DNA of 64,000 nucleotides from contig OX442314.1 in NCBI GenBank assembly GCA_949358305.1, positions 7,130,001-7,194,000 on the forward strand, written 5' to 3'. The position numbers were made by a program, and so were the translations under genes. Shown here piece after piece: positions 12,801 to 26,200 of this stretch. A model generated the notes under the pieces. It made no database searches and was not told the origin of the DNA. It was given only the letters and a program-made list of their open reading frames with translations. This stretch comes from Strigamia acuminata. Its lineage: Eukaryota. How positions within the stretch are numbered: the stretch's first letter is position 1; each line of letters starts with the position of its first letter.

Positions 12801-15800
12801 GATCTCAATGCCAGGATTGCTACAAATGGGACGGTTTGCACATTCCAACGCCCTTCGGAAAACATTTCGTGCATAAAAGCTCTCAAATGTAGAAAAAATT
12901 GGTACAAAACCCTAAAAAAAGACAAAAAAAACAATCAAATCAAACAAAACGCAACAAAAAACAAACTCAAAAGCCCCAAAACCACCAAAAACGAACCTCA
13001 CGTCCAACCTCGTCTAAAGCTTTCTGTTCTTCCAGTCCAATCTTGCGTAGAAAATCACGCACATGACCAAATATGAATAAAATTCCATAGCTAAAGTAGG
13101 TAACCAATGCTAGGAAAAAGGAAGGCTCGTCCAGATTTTGATTCTTCGTCACCTGAGGTGCGTGGTTGTTCCGCTCGCAGATTGCCTAAAAAAAAAATAA
13201 AGAAAAAATAAATTCAAGACTACGTGCTAATTAATAATGCAATCTACATAAACTGCTTCATCAAGATTAACTATTTATGTAATATCGCATAGAAATCGAT
13301 AAGAAGGTGGCAAAAAGCATAAATCGTCAATAAATACGATCGAAATGCAAGACAGACGTCGCATTTCTTCGAATTACAATTAAAATTTCACTCTTTCGAA
13401 TAGTCGGTCTCGATTACGAGCCGCGGCTGATATTCGAAGAATTTCACTAGCGGCATTCAGAAACTATTTTGTGTTTTACTTCAATTTTAAAACAAAAATG
13501 ACGTCGTTTCCTGTTTAAATCCATGTTTAAACTTAAAATACACTTAAACTAAAATTGTTATTTTTATTTTCGAATGCGGCTAGTGGTTCGTGCGATTTCT
13601 TTTGCGAAAGAAACATTTGAATGGAATCAAATAAAAATTGATAACAAAAACTGCGCCAATGTTTGAATAGTTTGAATACTTAGGCAATAAATCATAAACC
13701 ATAAATCATTCGTAAAATTGTCAAATAAATCATAAATCATATAAATAAAAATAATTCATCTACATATATGATCAAAAATCACAACCAATCAAAAATAGTT
13801 ACCTATCAACAAAAATAATCATAATTCATAAACAAAAACATCAAAAACCACCTTAAATTAACACTAAAAATCCACTAAAAATCCAAAAAAAAACCTTGTA
13901 TTCATATATAAACACTATTAATTTGGTTTTTCCAATTTTCCAACTTTATCTCCGAAAATAATTTGCTCCAAATTCCATCGCAGCAAATTCCCATCTCAAA
14001 TTTACATCGAATTTTATGAACACAAGGCCTAAAATAAAACAAAAAATAAAACAAAATAAAATAAAATAAAACAAAATAAAATAAAATAAAATAAAATACA
14101 ATAAAATAAAATGACCAAATCAATTTTTTTATTACTAAAACTATCAAACATTTGCAAAAACACACCAATTTCCGTTCATCTTTCCATTTCTTTACTTGCA
14201 CTTCATTTTTTACGTGGTCGGGTATTAGGCCTATCATGCACAAAGTTGCAGTCTGGCATTTTATTCCTACGTAAAAAAAATAAATAAAAAACACACAAAA
14301 AATAATAATTCGAGAAAAAAAAATATAATCTCAATTTTCCAAAATTCCACCCATTTTTTAAATTTTCTAAACTTTTTAAATATTTTTCCCCGCCGAAACT
14401 TCATCACCCAACCAAACAAATCTCAACCCAAAAAAAAGTAAAAAAAAAAAAATAATAATAAACCAAACCGGTCGAAAAACTCCATTTTTGCACCTCCAAA
14501 CCAATCACCCCGTGTTAACCTATGGGAGTTAGGCTTATTTTTCAATTTCCACTAAAAACCTGCCAAAAATCAACGAAAAACCATAAAAATTCAGCCACAA
14601 ATCACATCAAACAATATCTAGCCTCATTTTAAGCACATTTTAACAGACTAAGCTGTGTTTTTACTCGTTTTAAACGATAGTTACCTTCGCTCATCGATGC
14701 TGATCCTAATTCCCATGCGGCATAAAACGGAACGAATTTTTTTTTTTGAAAAAAAGTGAAAAATTTTAATTTCTACCAGCTCAGACTTAAATATTTACAC
14801 CTACCGATTAAATGGTTAAAAATAAAGTGTACAAAAATATGATATTTCTATTCGTAATTGCAGTGCACGCTCTGCTGAAGCTTTTTCACGCACCGCACCA
14901 GGAGACCGGTGACACTTTCCTCATTAGCCGCCATCGGGAAGAGTGAAAACCAGGAGCGGGAACGAATCGCATCGTTTTGCTCCGCCTTTTCGCAACCGCA
15001 GTGGAAATAAAATTGCGGACTTGTGTGTTTTAACCCTTTTTAACCTTAACTAACCTCTTTTTCTCGACGAATTAAGCTCCCGTTCGATCCAAATGAGTCA
15101 TTTGCATCGCGACCGAACAATTTTTAAATTTAAACTTCACCTAATTCGCTTGTTTTTCGTTTCCTGCCCAGATGTTTCTCTATTTATATTTTCCTATTCT
15201 TATATGGGAGCACGAATTTGATAATTCCTTCAATAGAGGGTACGAACATCGATTAGCGCTAATCTTCCGAACCCAGTTCCCTTGTGAATGCAACATACAT
15301 TCACAAATGAACTGGAATATACGTAAATGACTTAAATAAATTATTTTAAGTTATTTTCACGGTTGTTTCTCAGTGGGATGTTTAAATATGCATCAAAATG
15401 GATGCGATAACTCCATCAAGTATTAATTAGACCTGAAACACTTAACCAAAACACCATAACAAACCAGTTTGACACACCCTAAACTACCCATTCACTAGAC
15501 AACATTTTTGCTTCCTTTTCACCAAAACACCTTGTAAAATTAACACTAAACATTAAATAACACTTAAAAAACATCCATTCTCACTTAAGGAACACAAAAA
15601 TCATAATTCCTTAACGTCTAAATCAACGTATTACGGACCCATATCATATTTTATCCCAATATGTTACGGACCGGCAAAATAAGCCTAAACCGTAGCTGCA
15701 TTCAAAAATAAGAATAAGAATTTTAGTTTAAGTGTATTTTAAGTTTTAACATGGGTTTAAACAGGAAACGATGTCATTTTTGTTTAAAATTGAAGTAAAA

Positions 15801-16800
15801 CACAAAATATTTTAGTTTTTGAATGCATTTCGACGTGGACCGGTGACCTAAAATCCAAAAAAAAGCACAAAATCTGTTTAATCGGCAAAAAAAATCAATT
15901 TCATCTATTTATACTCAAAACTTACATAAATATAAGGCATATTTCACCACGTGACAACTTTCACTGACACTTTCTATTTTAACAAGTCCCCAACAGAGAA
16001 TAACCAGAGCATTTCAAAACCCAAAATTCCATCCACACAAAAATGCCTTGACACAATATTCGCCTTTTTCTTACAAAATTCCAACACAAAAACCTCAAAA
16101 AAACCAAATTCTCTTTCACTTGAAGGCCAAAACAATTTTCCACCATCAATACAATGCAATTTCCTGCCTAAAAATCAAAAAAAAAAAAAAATGCCCCCCC
16201 ATCTGCCCCCCCAACAAAAAAAAAATAAAAAATAAACCTTAATCAATCACTCAAAAAACACCATTTCAGCCATCAAAAGCACAAATTTAACCCATATTTA
16301 TATTTACCATCTAAAATCAACTTTTTTAAGCCAATCAGCTGTTGTTTGCTGCAGATATAACTCATGATTAAAATTGTAATGAGAATTGCTCTATGAGTCA
16401 CCGCACACCACCACCATTTCGTGGCACCCAGACCATTCAAATTCACCACACACACACCATTTTATTTCATTACCAACACAATGGAAAGAAGATCGGAAAT
16501 GTAACACCATAATAAACCATTTGGAAAAGCGTTTTCCGCCCTAAAAACACGGATAGAAGCGCGCCGAGACTCGATTACACTGGCCGCCATTTTCAACATC
16601 AGTTCGCCGGCACGTGGCTAGCCACAGACCGGTCGCCGTGTCTTTATTCTATCCCGTGGCGGATGGAAAAAATAATTTTTTTAATTTTTTTTTTTTAAAC
16701 TTACCGGTTGCTGAGCGAAACTAGTTTTGGCATTTTTCCCGTCTAGATGAAGCCTGATATGCACGCCGTTCGGTACACGCTGCTTGGCTTTCTGTGTCAT
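6826..16800 (-). CDS. SPTLC2: Serine palmitoyltransferase LCB2 subunit (SPTLC2/3-like), paralogue B, complete, about 540 aa
   Basis: 11 exons: 16800-16705, 13185-12997, 12911-12757, 11460-11315, 11227-11009, 10024-9919, 9030-8811, 8742-8616, 7694-7559, 7489-7360, 6924-6826 (1623 nt, in frame, TGA stop). Motifs [39 protein letters not shown]-lysine motif [24 protein letters not shown]. Exon 1 is inferred from the GCCATG context, a gtaag donor and phase. Confidence 0.93.
7700..8480. repeat. A-rich degenerate minisatellite filling an SPTLC2-B intron
   Basis: Repeated aaaaatgaaaataaatgcg-like units. Confidence 0.9.
9110..12620. repeat. Several distinct intronic minisatellites (about 9110-9800, 10440-10900, 11550-11830, 12230-12620) between SPTLC2-B exons
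   Basis: Units such as aaattaactgttttcatcaatattttgtc, aaaaatgcatttttagatg, gattttgaatcgtttatatc, ttttcacacatttttctcaaa. Confidence 0.85.
13445..13585. mobile_element. Short MITE, with an inverted copy at about 15692-15830
   Basis: TIRs CACTAGCGGCATTC...GAATGCGGCTAGTG. The internal sequence matches the reverse complement of 15692-15830. Confidence 0.7.
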
Positions 16801-17392
16801 GGCGTAGATGGAGACCGATGCTGGCGGTTAAGGCAATTCCATCTTGTTTTCGCGACTATCGCTCATTACATACAGGAACTAGGGAAGTAGAGGGTTGATC
16901 GGTTGATCGCTTGTTCGGTATATCGTCGCTAGGGCAGCCGGCTGGGCCAATGGGAGGCCGTGATGGAATCAAACGGGAGGGCGAGGGGAGAGGAGTGTTT
17001 TGAAAAGAAATTACTAAATAACAATGCAGCTGTTGTTCTATTATAATAGGACGATTTGTTTGTTTGATTTTTTTATGTATTTTATCTTTTTATTCTTTTT
17101 TTTGTCTATTGCTGTGGTCTGGCATTGGTGAGACATTGTTTTTATTTTTTTTTGCTCTTAATAAATCGTCCTGGCGGGAGTTTTTTGAAGCTTTGTCGAC
17201 GATTTCCATGTTTTTCTCTGTAATTTTTATATAAATACAAACAAATTTTTTTTTAATTTCAAAAATTTTTTTTATTAAAATTATTAAAATTATTAAAATT
17301 ATTACATCTTGCTTTGATTTTGACTTTTATAAAAAAAACATTATTTATTTAAATCATCGCTGAGTAGAAGATGCCAATATTTCTAAACTTAA

Positions 17393-17859
17393 AGGTCACG
17401 GAAAGAGAAATGAAAAATTACTCTAATGTTTTTAAAATAACCTTAAAAAACGTTATACGACATTTTTTCTGCAAAACTTGAGCAATAATTAAGTATTAGT
17501 GGTTTTAAATGATCAAATAGTGTTTTTACCATTTGAAAAAGGGAACCATTTTGTGCAATGCATTCTGGGATTCCACGTCATCAAAGACGTCATTTGCGTA
17601 CATCGTGGAATGCCAAAATTGATCAAAAAGTAGCAAAAAAACACTTATTTTAGGAGCTAAAAATATTGACTTTGTATAAATAACACCACCTAGTGACACC
17701 ATTTATAAACCTTTAAAAATCGTAATGGCGGATTCGGTTCGACGTTTAACCCTACTTTTAAACAAAATCCCGTAAGTTGAACAGTTAAAAACATTACATA
17801 ACCTTTTTTAAAGATTTTAAAGAGATCGGAGAAATTTCTCATTTCTCTTCCTATAACCT
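17393..17859. mobile_element. Kolobok-like non-autonomous DNA transposon
   Basis: TTAA|AGGT...ACCT|TTAA ends with long imperfect TIRs (gaaagagaaatgaaaaatt / aatttctcatttctcttc). Confidence 0.55.
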
Positions 17860-18645
17860 TTAAGCTGAATGACGTCATTCAATTCACAGAATTAAATCAC
17901 GGCTGAAACGATGATGTAATCGCTAACAGGTGTTTCCTATGGTAGCACAACTGTGTCACGAATCATTACAAATTGTGAGAAAAACACTGAGTCACAATTA
18001 ATGCTTCCTTATGCAGCTTGATTTACCAATCTCTAATCCCAATTAAATGACCAACAGTCCTCTACCGGGCCGTCTTAATACTTTTCAGCGACCTGGGCTA
18101 AAAATATCAGGTGTCCCTTGCCCCCCCTCCATCAAAAAATTTATTTTTATTTTTACATGAATTTCAGATATTGTGGAATGGCTGGTGAATAATAAATGGT
18201 AAAAAATCTATGTTTTGCGTTTATGGATTTTATTCATGCAGGATTATTGTCTGGGCCCCATCTAGTCTCTCACAGACCCTGGGCCCCTGTGGTCACGCCA
18301 TCTTGGATTTGAAATAAGCCTGAAATGGAAAAAAAAATTTAATTGCTAAAATATTCATGTTTGTCCACAACATGTGATAATTGTGGAATAAAACAATAGA
18401 AATGGGTTTATAAAACTCTAGATTTTGTGTTATTGGGTCAAATTTAAGGTTGGTAGTCATTTTTCACTCGATTTGTATCGGCTTTCATAGCGTAGTTGCA
18501 TTCGAAAGGTCGTTTAGACTAAAAATATTTAAACCAAAATATAAACTGCTGTTTTAACTCCAAATTGCAATTTGTGACAGTTTGGATGTCGCAGATCATC
18601 ACTTGGGAAGAGATTACCATAATATTGAACACATGCTCACACAAC

Positions 18646-18771
18646 CCTGGACTGGGAACAAATTTAGTACCGAGAAATCTGGATAGGTCGGGCCACGGGG
18701 TATGAAAAGAAATTACACAACGTCACGGACCACCGAGGAATTACCGATATCTCGCCGGGCCAGTCCAGCAA
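18646..18771. mobile_element. Copy of the CAGGGCTGGACTGG MITE family (further copies at about 19358-19460 and 38237-38480)
   Basis: ctggactgggaacaaatttagtaccgagaaatctggataggtcgggccacgggg...ccagtccagca, nearly identical to 45111-45282. Confidence 0.8.
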
Positions 18772-18870
18772 TAACCTCGCACTGATACTTTCTTCTCGCA
18801 TACATGTGCAGACATTGACGGTAGTTGCACGATAAGAAGCTGATGGAGACATCGCAATGATAGTCTAGGC

Positions 18871-19010
18871 CAGGGGTCGGCAAATAATTTTAAGTGGCGT
18901 CCGGATACTATTAAAAATTTCTATCAAGGTCCAGAAAAAAACACTTAAAAACCTTACTAAAAACCTAAGAATACGTATCCGGACTGCGGTCCGCCTTTTG
19001 CCGACTGCTG
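18871..19010. mobile_element. hAT (Charlie-like) MITE
   Basis: TIRs CAGGGGTCGGCAAA...TTTGCCGACTGCTG; 8-bp TSD GTCTAGGC / GTCTAGAC. Confidence 0.75.
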
Positions 19011-21788
19011 GTCTAGACTTTTAATCGTTGTCCAGGGTTCGGTGAATCCTACCGGTCACGGGTTTAAATACGTTTAAAATGCTCTTTCGTCTAAAATGAC
19101 TTTTTTAATGCAGCTACATATTTTATACTGTCATTGGTAAATAAGTTACTGTAACATCTCACTCCACACTCTAAATCCCTTATCTGTTTAAATGTCAAAC
19201 AACTTGGTATAAAGCAGAAGTTATATTTCATGGTTGTGGAAACCTAACCCCAAAACCGCCACCGTCCGGCTTTGAGTTACCGAAAGTAGTAATATTTTGA
19301 ACGGCTTCATCTTTCATTCATTAAACATCAATATTTACATCTTTAAATACAGAGAACCAGGGCTGGACTGGATACAAATTTAGTACCGAGAAATCTGGAT
19401 GGGTCGGGCCACAGGGACAGGCTGCGGTGGGCCAGGAACGGACCACGGTGGGGCCGGACCAGAGAACGGCAGTTGGTGTGATGGGGTGAAGCTAACCCTT
19501 TGATATACTCTTCGCAGGATTCTACTAGCGAAAGACACTACCCAAGCAACAAAATGTGATCATTGCTTAACTCTGCGTAGCCTGGACATAGGACAAGTCC
19601 CAGAAAGTTGTTCGGACTAATTAGCTCCGATAGACGCAAAATTAATCGTTGAACTTATTTATCGCTCGTTAACGGCGTTTGGAAATGTACCAATTCAGAG
19701 TGAAATCATCAAATCAGAGATTGATTTGAAATTGATATTGAATCAATTTTGATTAATTTGCCATGACTGCGAACATTATTTTCGCATTAGCACAAAAAAA
19801 AATATTTTTTTTTATCTATAGAAAATTGTTTACATTCAACAGTAAAGAAATGTGAAAATGAGCAAAACATGATTTAGTGAAGATCCTGTTTTGTACCATT
19901 TATTTCAATCTTCAAATATGCAAGGTCAAGAATTATCGTCTCAACATTAAACATCCGCAAAGACAAAGTTCAGGTCAGTGTTGTTTTACATGCATTGAAC
20001 AGCTGACTTTGATATTCCTGATATTTCTATATCATTTGGCCAAAAAATGATACACAATATTTTTTTTTCTCCAGAATTTTAATACAACTGTTTATGTCCA
20101 TTGCTATGTAAATGTAACAGCTTCCTTTCATGTCACCAACTGATAGAGGGCAGTAGCACTCAGCCAAGCCTTGACAGGAAGGCTTGTGCAAATGTCAATA
20201 ACCTTACTGTGTAGGCCTAAACTCAAGAATCCTCTAATTATCGTTGGTCAGTGGACTCAAAAATATGAGACCCGGTGAGAAAATTTAGAAAAATTTAGTA
20301 CAATTTAGAAAAATTGATAAATTTTTACCGATTAAGAGTCGCCATCGAATTGTAGCCGCCCTCGAATAGTAGCCGATGTAATGGCTGTTTGAAGTCTGGT
20401 GCAATTTCTGGGAAAGTTGCAATGTTCGGGAGTGTGTTACTCAAGTATCCGAAGGGACGAGGTTCTGAAACTTGTTGAGTGGGTTGAGGAAGGGTCAAGG
20501 AAGTTGTAAAAACATTTTGGGGCATATCCTGAGCGTGGTTGTTGCACAATTTCAATTCGAAGTTTGGAGTCTAGGCGCAGACCTAATTCCTAACTTTTAA
20601 ACTGGTTTTTCAGGCATCTCCGCACACTTTTGGTCCTTCTACAATACATATTCGGAATCAGCTCGCTGAGACGAACAAAATGAGCATATGTTTATTAAAG
20701 GACAGGAATTTTATCATTGTGCCCGGATTTTGCTAATTTGGAATTGAACGCGCCTAACGATTCCATCTAGCAAACCCCAACAGCCATTTTTCTGTCACTT
20801 AAACTCACAATTAAATCCCCATTGAAATTGAATTCGACCGAACCAAACTGATTTTCCAGCAAACCCTATCCGAAACAAACCGATTCCAATGGATGACAAT
20901 TACCGTAAAATGCAGGAGACACTGGGGCAGAAGCGGAACAAACAGTACAATGGTGTCATGGCCGTCAATCCATCGCTTCTCGGCTGTCACATGCTGTTGA
21001 CACGGGTCCACAAGCCTGTGGAGCCCATGGATGATGAAAATAGTGTGTTATCTTGAATTAATGTGCCGAAAGTCCGAGCTAGGGTTAATCCAACGTGCAC
21101 ATCGGCTTATTGACTTGTTGCCACGTCACTTGTCAGCGAAATCGCAGCTCTTGCTCTATTGCGTGATAAAAATCGCTTTGCATTGCGCCCAGTATTTGAA
21201 TACAAATTTTTGCTTTTGTTCCACGTTCAATGTTGACTTCGCGCCAAATTTTTTCGCTTGGGTTGCCATATTTGCATTCGGCAAGTCGACTTTTCCATCT
21301 TTTACATTCATAAAAGAAAAAATGAATTTTTGGTAGAAAAAATGCATTTTTGGAAGAAAAAAATGCATTTTTGGAAGATAAAATTGCATTTTTGGAAGAT
21401 AAAATTGCACTTTAGGAGAAAAAAAAGCTTCACTGAAGAAAAAATGCATTTTTGGAAGTAAAAATGCTTTTTTGGAAGAGCAAAAAGCTTTACTGACCAA
21501 AAATATGCATTTATATGGTAGAAAATGCATTTTGTGTGCATAGCAGGATCCCAAATTGGACAAAGATTGATTGGTTCTGTCAGAAGTTAGCGAAGTACAG
21601 AACCATCGAACGTCTTTTTCAGAATTTATCAGGAATGGATCTATAGATTCCCACAGTACTCGCAAAAGAAGGACTCTTATCCCGATATTTTTGTCAAATA
21701 GGACCCCAAAGGGCCCTACACACCATTAACCCACTATTGCAGCTTACACTGCCTTTCGACTTATTTTCTCAACACCCAAAAGAAAATA

Positions 21789-21949
21789 CAATCGAAATTC
21801 TTTATAACGAATCGCAAGGGACCCAAAAAATCGATTCGTTATAACGATAATTCGTTATATCGAAATTTTTTAACACGGTGGTCTACGGACAGGTATTCGT
21901 TATATCGATAATTCGTTACATCGCGATTCGTTACAAAGAGTTTCGACTG
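21789..21949. mobile_element. Tc1/mariner (pogo/Tigger-like) MITE; a partial copy lies at about 1675-1735
   Basis: TA-preceded TIR caatcgaaattctttataacgaatcgc, and right TIR gcgattcgttacaaagagtttcgactg. Confidence 0.65.
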
Positions 21950-23205
21950 CATAATTCCTAAAATCCTAATCCATTTTATTTTTCAAAAATACTTCAATAG
22001 TCAATAATAATTTACTTCCTCCACAACTACTCTTCTTCTTAAAACATCTGGTGTTGCATTGTATAGTGTAAGTTATTTCAAGGTACCAAATGGCGAAAAC
22101 TCTGTGAAAAAATAAAAGAAAAAGCCACAATGAGGACAAAATAGAAAGTGATTGTAGATATAATATCTGGTGAAGTTTCATTTCTGTACCTGCACGTGTC
22201 CATCAGCTGTTGTAAATGACGTCAGAAGTGTCACCATTATCGTATCTTAGGCACGTCTGATTGCAGCAAGAATGTATCTTTGATTGTACTTATCTGGTGC
22301 TTAAATGCTGAATGAAATTAGCACATTTCCTGGTCGTGGTAATTGGTGTAATTTGTGAACATAGATAATAATTGAGAACAATAAAAAGGATAATAAAAAT
22401 TGCACTAATATACTTGCACTTGTTTGTGTTCGTAAACAGCCACATAGCGCCCTCTCTCGTCGAAATGATGAAATAATCATCGGAAATCTAATTTTATTCA
22501 GCTCTTGCAATGACTGGATTTTACGTAATTAGGCGATATTTTGGCACGAAAATAAATTTTCTTTATAATTTATTTCCGTTCTCTAAAAATATGTTTAAAG
22601 CGGATCGATCCGTGCAATTTTGAGTGTCGTTTTCGACACCAGTCGGCGTCGTTTTATCCGACCGTGAATTTTATTCCAAATTTTATTTTTCTAATCTCTC
22701 TTGTGTGAATTTCATCCCAAATTTTATTTCTCTTTAAAAATCCAACAAAAGAAAACACTTGGATCGACTCCAACCGCATCCCACAATCCTCCGCGCCAAC
22801 TCCAGCGGGAAAAACCTCCGCCATTCGAATCCAAAATCTAATCCCTGACCACAATGACGTCACCGAATAAAACAAAAACAAAAACCCCAAAAAACCCCCC
22901 TAAAAAAAACCCCAAACCCCCAAAAAAAACCAAAACCGAATTTTAAACCCACCAAAAACCACCCACGCCGCCATCGAATAAAACCAACAAATCAAAACCC
23001 ACAACCGACCCCAAACGTCACTGCGGTAACCGCAGCGAGCGCCATATTGTTTCCGTGCTCGACCAGCTCGTGTCTCACAGCACAATCATCCGCCGCACCG
23101 AAACACCGGAAAAAACCCGTCGAAAGGTCAGCAAACCCCCAAAAAACACCCAAAAACACTCCAAAACACCTCATCTAATTTTTTCTCACGCAAAAACACC
23201 AGAAA

Positions 23206-26200
23206 ATGGGCGACATCGACAACGATTTCATGAATTTCGCCAAACCGGAGAAGAACGCCGGCAGTCACGAGTCCGACGACTTCGAACAGGTCGAAGAGGC
23301 CGAGGACGACGATTTCTGCATCACGTCGGCCAACAACGACTTCGCGCACAACCTGAGCTCCACCGACAGACCGCTCGTCACCCTGGACGAACTGACGGCC
23401 CCCTCGGCGCCCCCCGCGCCCCCCTCGCTCACCACGGTCGCCGACGAGGAGGAGGACGACGACGACGAGCCCGAGTACGAGCGCCAGTACTCGCAACCGC
23501 CGGCGCCGAAGAAGGAGAGCCGCAAGAAGTCGTTCGAGGCGGAGATTGACGTGAATGCGCCGGATTTGTCGCCGTTCGACACGCTAAAAGGCGCCGATTT
23601 CGCGCTGGACAACTTGGAGCATTTTATGGCGGTGTGTCCGGCGAAGCCACCGACGCCGGAGGTCGAGGAGTTTGTTCGGGGGAGTCCGGAGTTGGAGAAA
23701 ACGGAGGTGGAGGAGCAGGAAATGTCGGATCGGGAGGTGTCATCCACGTCTAAGTGCTCGTGTCCTTTTAGTAAGTGTTTGGGGATGTTTTGTGACGAGG
23801 GGGGATTGATTTTTGAGGCGGTTGGGGGATAATTTGTGACGTCATTTTGGGGTTGATGTCATTTTGGGGTGTTTTTGCTCGTTTTGGTGCATTATTTTCC
23901 TTTTTGCGAGGGTTTTGGCAGCGGACCAGAGGTGTTGCGTAATAAAACGTGGGTTTTTAATTGAAAAATGGGTTTATTTTTAATTTTTAAATAGATAAAA
24001 TGGCGGTTTTGAACGTGATGTTGAGTCATCTGCACTCGGCGTTGACACATCGTAGATTTTTCGGTTAAAAATGGTTGTTGTAATTGTAAATAATATTTTT
24101 AAAAATGTTATTAATTTGTGGGAAATGAAAAGCGACTTGAATTTTGATTTATTTCGATCGGAGAGGAGGAAAAACGGATGGAAATGACGGATAAAGGGAA
24201 AAAATCGTAAACACAAGACACCATCATTTAATGTTTCCGAGCACAGCCGATAGAGCTTGTAGCGCGGCTGTGATTGGTCGTGATATGACGTAACACCAGC
24301 CCCGCCCTGAGTTTGAACCAATGAGAAAGCCGCTCTCATTTGAACTCGGTTTTCTCGCAAGATAGTGACTTGCATAGAGAAAAGATGGCTGCAGACACGA
24401 CATTTGAAGCTGATTCGCGCCAATGTGAAAACAAAGATAGCCCCTCGTGTACGTGGCTTTTTATTGTTTGATAAATACGCGCTAGAATGCGAATGGTGAC
24501 GTGTGTTTTCGCTCAATTCAGTTGCATTCTCTCACCGCAATTTGATGTTTGCTTCCTATCTTTACGTTTTCCTCTCTTTTGTCGACTTTTCTTCGACTAA
24601 ACGCTTGAATTTCAGTAATTCGACACTCTAAATTAAATCCTATGATTAATTTGGTTAAGTTTAAGCCTTTTTTGCACGTTAAAATATTTTTTTGGGTATT
24701 TTTTGGATTTTTTTTGGGTTTTTTTGATTTTATTTGGATTTTATTTGGATTTAACATTAAAATTGGCTTTTTTTCTAATATTTTCCAGGTGCATGGTTTA
24801 ATCCTCAAAATCTTGATCCGAGGGGTAAGTTTTCCGTGCTTGCTTGATTAATTACTAATTTTTGGCGGTAAAAATGGGGATTTTTCGATTTTTTTTCGAT
24901 TTTTTTCGATTTTTTTCTGCACATTTTAAAGCGGGAAAAATGGTGGGAAATTTGTATTTTGACGGTTTGTTGCCATGGCAACGCGTGTTAAATCGAATTT
25001 TGTATTTTTAAATTGTTTATTTTTTTTTTTTCGATTTTAGGCCGAGGTAAATGACACGCAGGTGGCGATACAAAGCGCTTTTGTCGATTGGATGGCGAAT
25101 TAATAGAGAAGCGAATCGCCCGGTCGCGGAAAACCGAATTTTTTTTTGTTCCAAACCGAAATTAATTTTATAAACTCACAAAAACGAGTAATTATACTCG
25201 AAATTTATATAATTTTCCCTAAAAAACGATTTTTCTATCGTTAATCTATGAAAATCTGAGAAAAACATTAGACGCCATCTTGGATTTGACTCGTAAACAC
25301 TAAACACCCTTAAACGATCGTTCGCGCATGCGCGGAAATATTTAATACATTATTTAGTCCGGAAAAAGAAATAGTAAATTTAGAAAACAAAAAAAAATTC
25401 GGTTTCCGGTTTTTTTCGGGGAAAATTCAGTTTTTTTCTTTTTCCAGTTTATTTTTGCGTTTAATTACGCAAAAGCGGACTGGAAATTCATTAGTCCCGT
25501 CTAATCGCGATATATTTTGGTAGATATGAGGCTTGGCACGTTGTCAGCGAGAATTCTTGTCATTACTCGCTGAGGACAGATCAGCTTGAAAGTGCGCGTG
25601 CGCAGTTCGGGCGGGCACGTCTATTTTTAGAGGACGGGCCCCGCAGTCCTCCATTTGCCTTCACCTGTGTTAGCGACATTTTATGTACCTTTTTCACCCG
25701 TCAAAAGCGATGCTAACTCGAATCGCAGCGTCGTAATATTTATATTTTTGTAATATATATATTTTTTTTTTTTTGAAAAAAAAAAAATCTTGACCGATCG
25801 ATTTTTTTTGTATCTAAAAATCAAAAATCATGCCGATCATTAATTGGGAGCCTGGTAAGTTGATTTTATTTTTTAAATTTAAGTAATTATTGGTTCATTT
25901 ATTTATAATGACTTATTATTTTTGCGTGTATATTTATATAATCGGCCTTGACCGGGTGAAATCGGTTTGGAGCCGATAAACGTGAAATTTGACGCCTTTT
26001 TGTGATTGGTCGGTTCAAATTGATGGAAATTATGTAATTTTCCATCACTAGGTGGTAATGACCACTTGATTTAATCGTTTGTGTCCATTTTCGAGCTAAT
26101 GTTCGACCGATTCGAGTTCCGCCATCTAAAAATCGATATTTGCAAAATGGCCGCGCTGTTTTCAAACCGTGACGTCAAAAACGAAATACAAATTTCCGAA

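Noticed and set aside
14685..14716. Possible alternative first exon of SPTLC2-B ([10 protein letters not shown], donor gtaact)
   Set aside because: Its ATGs are out of phase with exon 2 and lead to early stops; it could only be non-coding.
23055..23747. Overlapping and antisense ORFs in reticulon exon 1
   Set aside because: Shadows of a GC-rich coding exon.
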